Positions 60,964 to 64,000 of a DNA stretch of 64,000 bases are shown in pieces; within the stretch, counting starts at the first letter, position 1; the number at the start of each line of letters is the position of its first letter. A program made the translations under genes and the position numbers. Below the pieces are notes generated by a model that had not been told where the DNA came from, ran no database searches, and saw only the letters and a list, made by a program, of their open reading frames with translations. The DNA is from Deltaproteobacteria bacterium (GTDB taxonomy: Bacteria; Myxococcota_A; Polyangia; Polyangiales; Houyiibacteriaceae). The stretch is from contig JAXMNT010000003.1 in NCBI GenBank assembly GCA_034670305.1, positions 192,001-256,000 of the forward strand, in the 5' to 3' direction.

Positions 60964-62448
60964 GTGGCGGACACCCTCGACTACCAAGAATCGCACAAGA
61001 TCCTACTGGACAGCGCAGACCATCTGCTCGACTCCGGGCATCAGGACGAAGCGCTCAAGCTGTACGCCAAAGTGCTCGATCGGAACCCCTCCGACATCGA
61101 AGCGCTCGATGGATTCGCTGCGGCCGCTTCTCAGGCAGAGCCCTTCGCGTGGGTCGCCGACGACGATGGGGACGCGTCCCAAGTGCAGTCGCTGGGGAGG
61201 GCGCTGGATCTCCCCACGCTCCACGCCCGCGTGCTGACCCTGATCGAGCGCAAGGACTACGAAGCCGCATTGATCATGCTTTCGCAGGGCCGCCAGCGCT
61301 TCCCCGACGACCGCGCGATCTCGCGGAGCATTCGCGCGATCAAAGCCCACCTCGAGCGGCGCTACCTGCGCCGCCTCGGATCCCTCGATCGCGTGCCTGC
61401 CCTGGTCGACCGTCCGAGCGAGAAGGCGTCGCGGGATCACGAAGACGTGGCTCGATGGGTCGACGGCGTGGCGACGCTGGGCGATGTGCTCGAGGTCACC
61501 AACCTCGGTCGATTCCGAACCCTCCGCGCACTGGACCAGATGCGGAGCGCGGGGAGGATCCAGCTCGCACCCCACGTGCGCGACACGATCGTGGAGTCGC
61601 GGCAGGCCGAGCCCGCCAGTGGTGAGGAGGCGCAAGCGCCGTGGTCGGAGTCTCGACTCTTGAGCGGCGACACCCTTACCCGCACCGCGCTGCTGCTGGT
61701 TCGGGCCGAGCTCCGGGCGTCCGCGCCCGCCACGCCTCCGGCCGCACCGACGGCCCAAGCGAGCCAGCCCCCGCGGTTCACGCCCCAAGCGATCCGCGCG
61801 CCCGTTGCTGCCAAGCCGGAGGCTCAGCGCGCACCCCGTGCCGCCGAGCCGGCAGCCCAACCCCTTCCGGCCCGCACCCGGCCGCCCCTGCCGCCCCTGC
61901 CCGAATCCACGGGCCCAACGCTGGCCGTCGAGCCATCGACGCCAAAGCCGAGGCGGACGCTCTTGTGGGGGGCGGCGCTTGGCGTGCTCGGGGCGGCGGC
62001 GGTCGTGTTCTTCTTGCGCGCGGACACAGCGACGGCACCGGCGCACCCACCGGCCGCACCCATGTTCGACACCGAGGCGCAGCCCACACAGGGGCCTGCC
62101 GCGGGACCCGTAGAAGAAGTGGCTGGTGCGCCGACGGTCTCCGACACGGCCGTGACGCCGACGCTGGTGATCGAGCTCCGTTCCGAACCGAGCGGCGCCA
62201 TGGTCGAGATCGACGGACGCACCTATGGACCGACGCCGGCCAGCATCGAGTTGACTGGCGACAACGTCGACGGTCGCCAGATCGACATCCGGTTCCACCG
62301 GGACGGCTTCGAGGATCGCAGCGTCGCGCAACGCCTGCGGCCGGGCACCGCGACGGTGTTCACGACGCTCGAGCCGACACCGGTTCGGCGGGTGCGCCGC
62401 CGCCGCGCGCCGACCCCACCGTCTGGCTTCAAGAACCAGCCCTACTGA
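60964..62448 (+). CDS. TPR / TM / PEGA-domain protein
   Basis: EALKLYAKVLDRNP TPR; Pro-rich linker; TM helix; SEPSGAMVEIDG..YGPTP PEGA. Confidence 0.75.
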   Translation: MADTLDYQESHKILLDSADHLLDSGHQDEALKLYAKVLDRNPSDIEALDGFAAAASQAEPFAWVADDDGDASQVQSLGRALDLPTLHARVLTLIERKDYEAALIMLSQGRQRFPDDRAISRSIRAIKAHLERRYLRRLGSLDRVPALVDRPSEKASRDHEDVARWVDGVATLGDVLEVTNLGRFRTLRALDQMRSAGRIQLAPHVRDTIVESRQAEPASGEEAQAPWSESRLLSGDTLTRTALLLVRAELRASAPATPPAAPTAQASQPPRFTPQAIRAPVAAKPEAQRAPRAAEPAAQPLPARTRPPLPPLPESTGPTLAVEPSTPKPRRTLLWGAALGVLGAAAVVFFLRADTATAPAHPPAAPMFDTEAQPTQGPAAGPVEEVAGAPTVSDTAVTPTLVIELRSEPSGAMVEIDGRTYGPTPASIELTGDNVDGRQIDIRFHRDGFEDRSVAQRLRPGTATVFTTLEPTPVRRVRRRRAPTPPSGFKNQPY

Positions 62449-62500
62449 GCGCCATCGGTCGCGCGGGAATGCGGCCGCCCGCGCGGACGTATTCCGACCC

Positions 62501-63181
62501 GTGCCGCCCGCGCCTCCACGCTTCGCTCTCCCGTTCCCCGGAGCCCTCCTCGGAGTGGTGGCGGCGGGCATGTGCGCGGGGTTCCTGTACACCGCGGTCC
62601 ACACGTTCTTCGAGATGTGGCGGGCCACCGATCCTCCCCCCGCGCCGACCCACGCCGAGATGACCGAGCGGTTCCACGCGGAGCGGATCTCGTTCGAGAG
62701 ACTTCGGGACATGTTCGAGCAGGATCACCCGCACCAGAGTCGGCCGAGTTGGGACATCCGCACCGATTGCCATTCGTGGATCGAGCCCTGCACCGACTGC
62801 GGCTCTTCGGGGGGCTTCGCGGTGGTCGGAGGCCAGAGCGGCGACGCGTGCACGCACCCGGGCGGGTGCATGCGCTGGGTCGACGAACCGCCCACCCCAG
62901 CGCGACTCTCGGAGATTCGGCCATTCGGCCCCGCCCGGGCGGCGGAGTACCTGCGCACGCTGAACCGGCTCGGGGTGATCCAACTGCACGCGCTCGACAT
63001 CGCGCACCGCAACCAGATCCAGTCCACCAACCGGACGATCGAGTTCGTGGTCGACATGCGCGGCATGATGCTCTCCGGCACCACGACGGCCATCGTCTGG
63101 GCACCCCACGAAGACCAACGCCACTCGAGCGACCGCCCCATCGACCACGCCCCCGGCTGGTTCACCCGAGTCCACAACTGA
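62501..63181 (+). CDS. Hypothetical membrane-anchored protein
   Basis: N-terminal TM helix; Cys-containing body. Confidence 0.55.
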   Translation: MPPAPPRFALPFPGALLGVVAAGMCAGFLYTAVHTFFEMWRATDPPPAPTHAEMTERFHAERISFERLRDMFEQDHPHQSRPSWDIRTDCHSWIEPCTDCGSSGGFAVVGGQSGDACTHPGGCMRWVDEPPTPARLSEIRPFGPARAAEYLRTLNRLGVIQLHALDIAHRNQIQSTNRTIEFVVDMRGMMLSGTTTAIVWAPHEDQRHSSDRPIDHAPGWFTRVHN

Positions 63182-63191
63182 CGCCGCTCGA

Positions 63192-63276
63192 GTCGGCATC
63201 GGCATCGGCTTCGGCTTCGGCTTCGGCTTCGGCTTCGGCTTCGGATTCGGCTTCAGCTTCGGCTTCGGCCTCGGCT
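63192..63276. repeat. Intergenic hexamer tract (TCGGCT)
   Basis: About 14 units. Confidence 0.88.
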
Positions 63277-63288
63277 ACCGTTCCAACC

Positions 63289-63672
63289 GTGCGAGCCATC
63301 CTCTCCCTCCTCCTCCTGCTCCCAACCGCGTGCAGCACACCCAGCGCCACGGCCAACTCGATCTGTGCCGACCTCGTCGAAGCCGGGGTCGCCTCGAACT
63401 GCGAACCGGAGGTCGAACGCGGCGCGGGCACCACCGCGGTCCGGTTCACCCTCACCGGAAGCGGCTCCCACGGGTTCGTGACCGCATGCGCCGACGACGA
63501 GGCCTACGAGCGGACTCAGGAGACCTACCGCCGGTCCGACGCGTTCATGGGCCAACACGACATGCGTCCGCACCGCTACACCCACGCGGGCCGTCGAGTC
63601 GACATCATGCTCGTGGTGTCGGCCGATGCCGAAGCGCAGCGTGCGGCGCAAACCGTGATCGACCAGCTCTAG
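63289..63672 (+). CDS. Small lipoprotein
   Basis: VRAILSLLLLLPTAC lipobox. Confidence 0.65.
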   Translation: MRAILSLLLLLPTACSTPSATANSICADLVEAGVASNCEPEVERGAGTTAVRFTLTGSGSHGFVTACADDEAYERTQETYRRSDAFMGQHDMRPHRYTHAGRRVDIMLVVSADAEAQRAAQTVIDQL

Positions 63673-63711
63673 CCTGCCGTGCAGCGACCGGTTGGGTCGC
63701 GGCCCTCTGGC

Positions 63712-64000
63712 TCAGCGACGGCGACGGCCCACGAACATCAACACCAGCAACCACGCCGCCGCCGAGCCGCCCGACGTACCCGCGGCACAGCCGTCCGCGG
63801 GAACCTCGACCATCGGTGCGCACGCATCGCCTACCCCATCGGCGTCGCCATCCTCCTGCAAGCGGTTCGGGACGCGCGGACAGTTGTCGTCCTCGTCCGG
63901 CACGGTGTCGCCGTCGAGATCGGACTCGCACACATCGCCTTCCCCGTCCGCGTCGAGATCGAGCTGCAGCCGGTTGGGCACGAGCATGCAGTTGTCGACG
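63712..64000 (-). CDS. Thrombospondin type-3 repeat protein with MYXO-CTERM-like tail (5' part outside window)
   Basis: DNC..VPN..Q.D.D.DG.GD.C repeats; GCAAG...[13 protein letters not shown]. Confidence 0.88.
   Translation of the reverse strand, partial: VDNCMLVPNRLQLDLDADGEGDVCESDLDGDTVPDEDDNCPRVPNRLQEDGDADGVGDACAPMVEVPADGCAAGTSGGSAAAWLLVLMFVGRRRR

Overview
GC-rich window, probably from a myxobacterium (MYXO-CTERM-type tail, Cys-rich lipoproteins, Ser/Thr kinase). It has three parts. (1) About 0.7-29.7 kb is an accessory region next to the 3' end of a tRNA-Gly(CCC). It holds an LRR/ankyrin/Imm49-like gene run, a ~2700-aa SpvB/FG-GAP/Rhs toxin with a candidate immunity gene, an orphan Rhs core+tip cassette, ArdC, a PD-(D/E)xK nuclease and a RavA-like ATPase. 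It also holds several intact and broken RAYT-like HUH (Y1) transposase elements, whose 22-bp terminal motif lies at several gene breakpoints. (2) About 29.9-46.4 kb is mostly ordinary: PQQ-type propeller, LpxR, MocR regulator with EamA transporter, an ECF-sigma-like/Ser-Thr kinase fusion, ECF sigma with a probable anti-sigma, OmpA and a Cys-rich lipoprotein. (3) About 46.5-56.3 kb is the best candidate for a new system. A 94-aa precursor ends in HCS+(HGS)x12-W. Around it are five radical SAM domains in four genes (one gene is a B12-type rSAM fused to a second rSAM), a half-rSAM lacking CxxxCxxC, a 58-aa Zn-ribbon protein and a beta-barrel. This looks like an expanded, atypical His-Xaa-Ser RiPP-like cluster. 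A SulP transporter, lipoproteins and a TSP3/MYXO-CTERM gene follow. All assignments come from reading motifs by eye; no searches were run.
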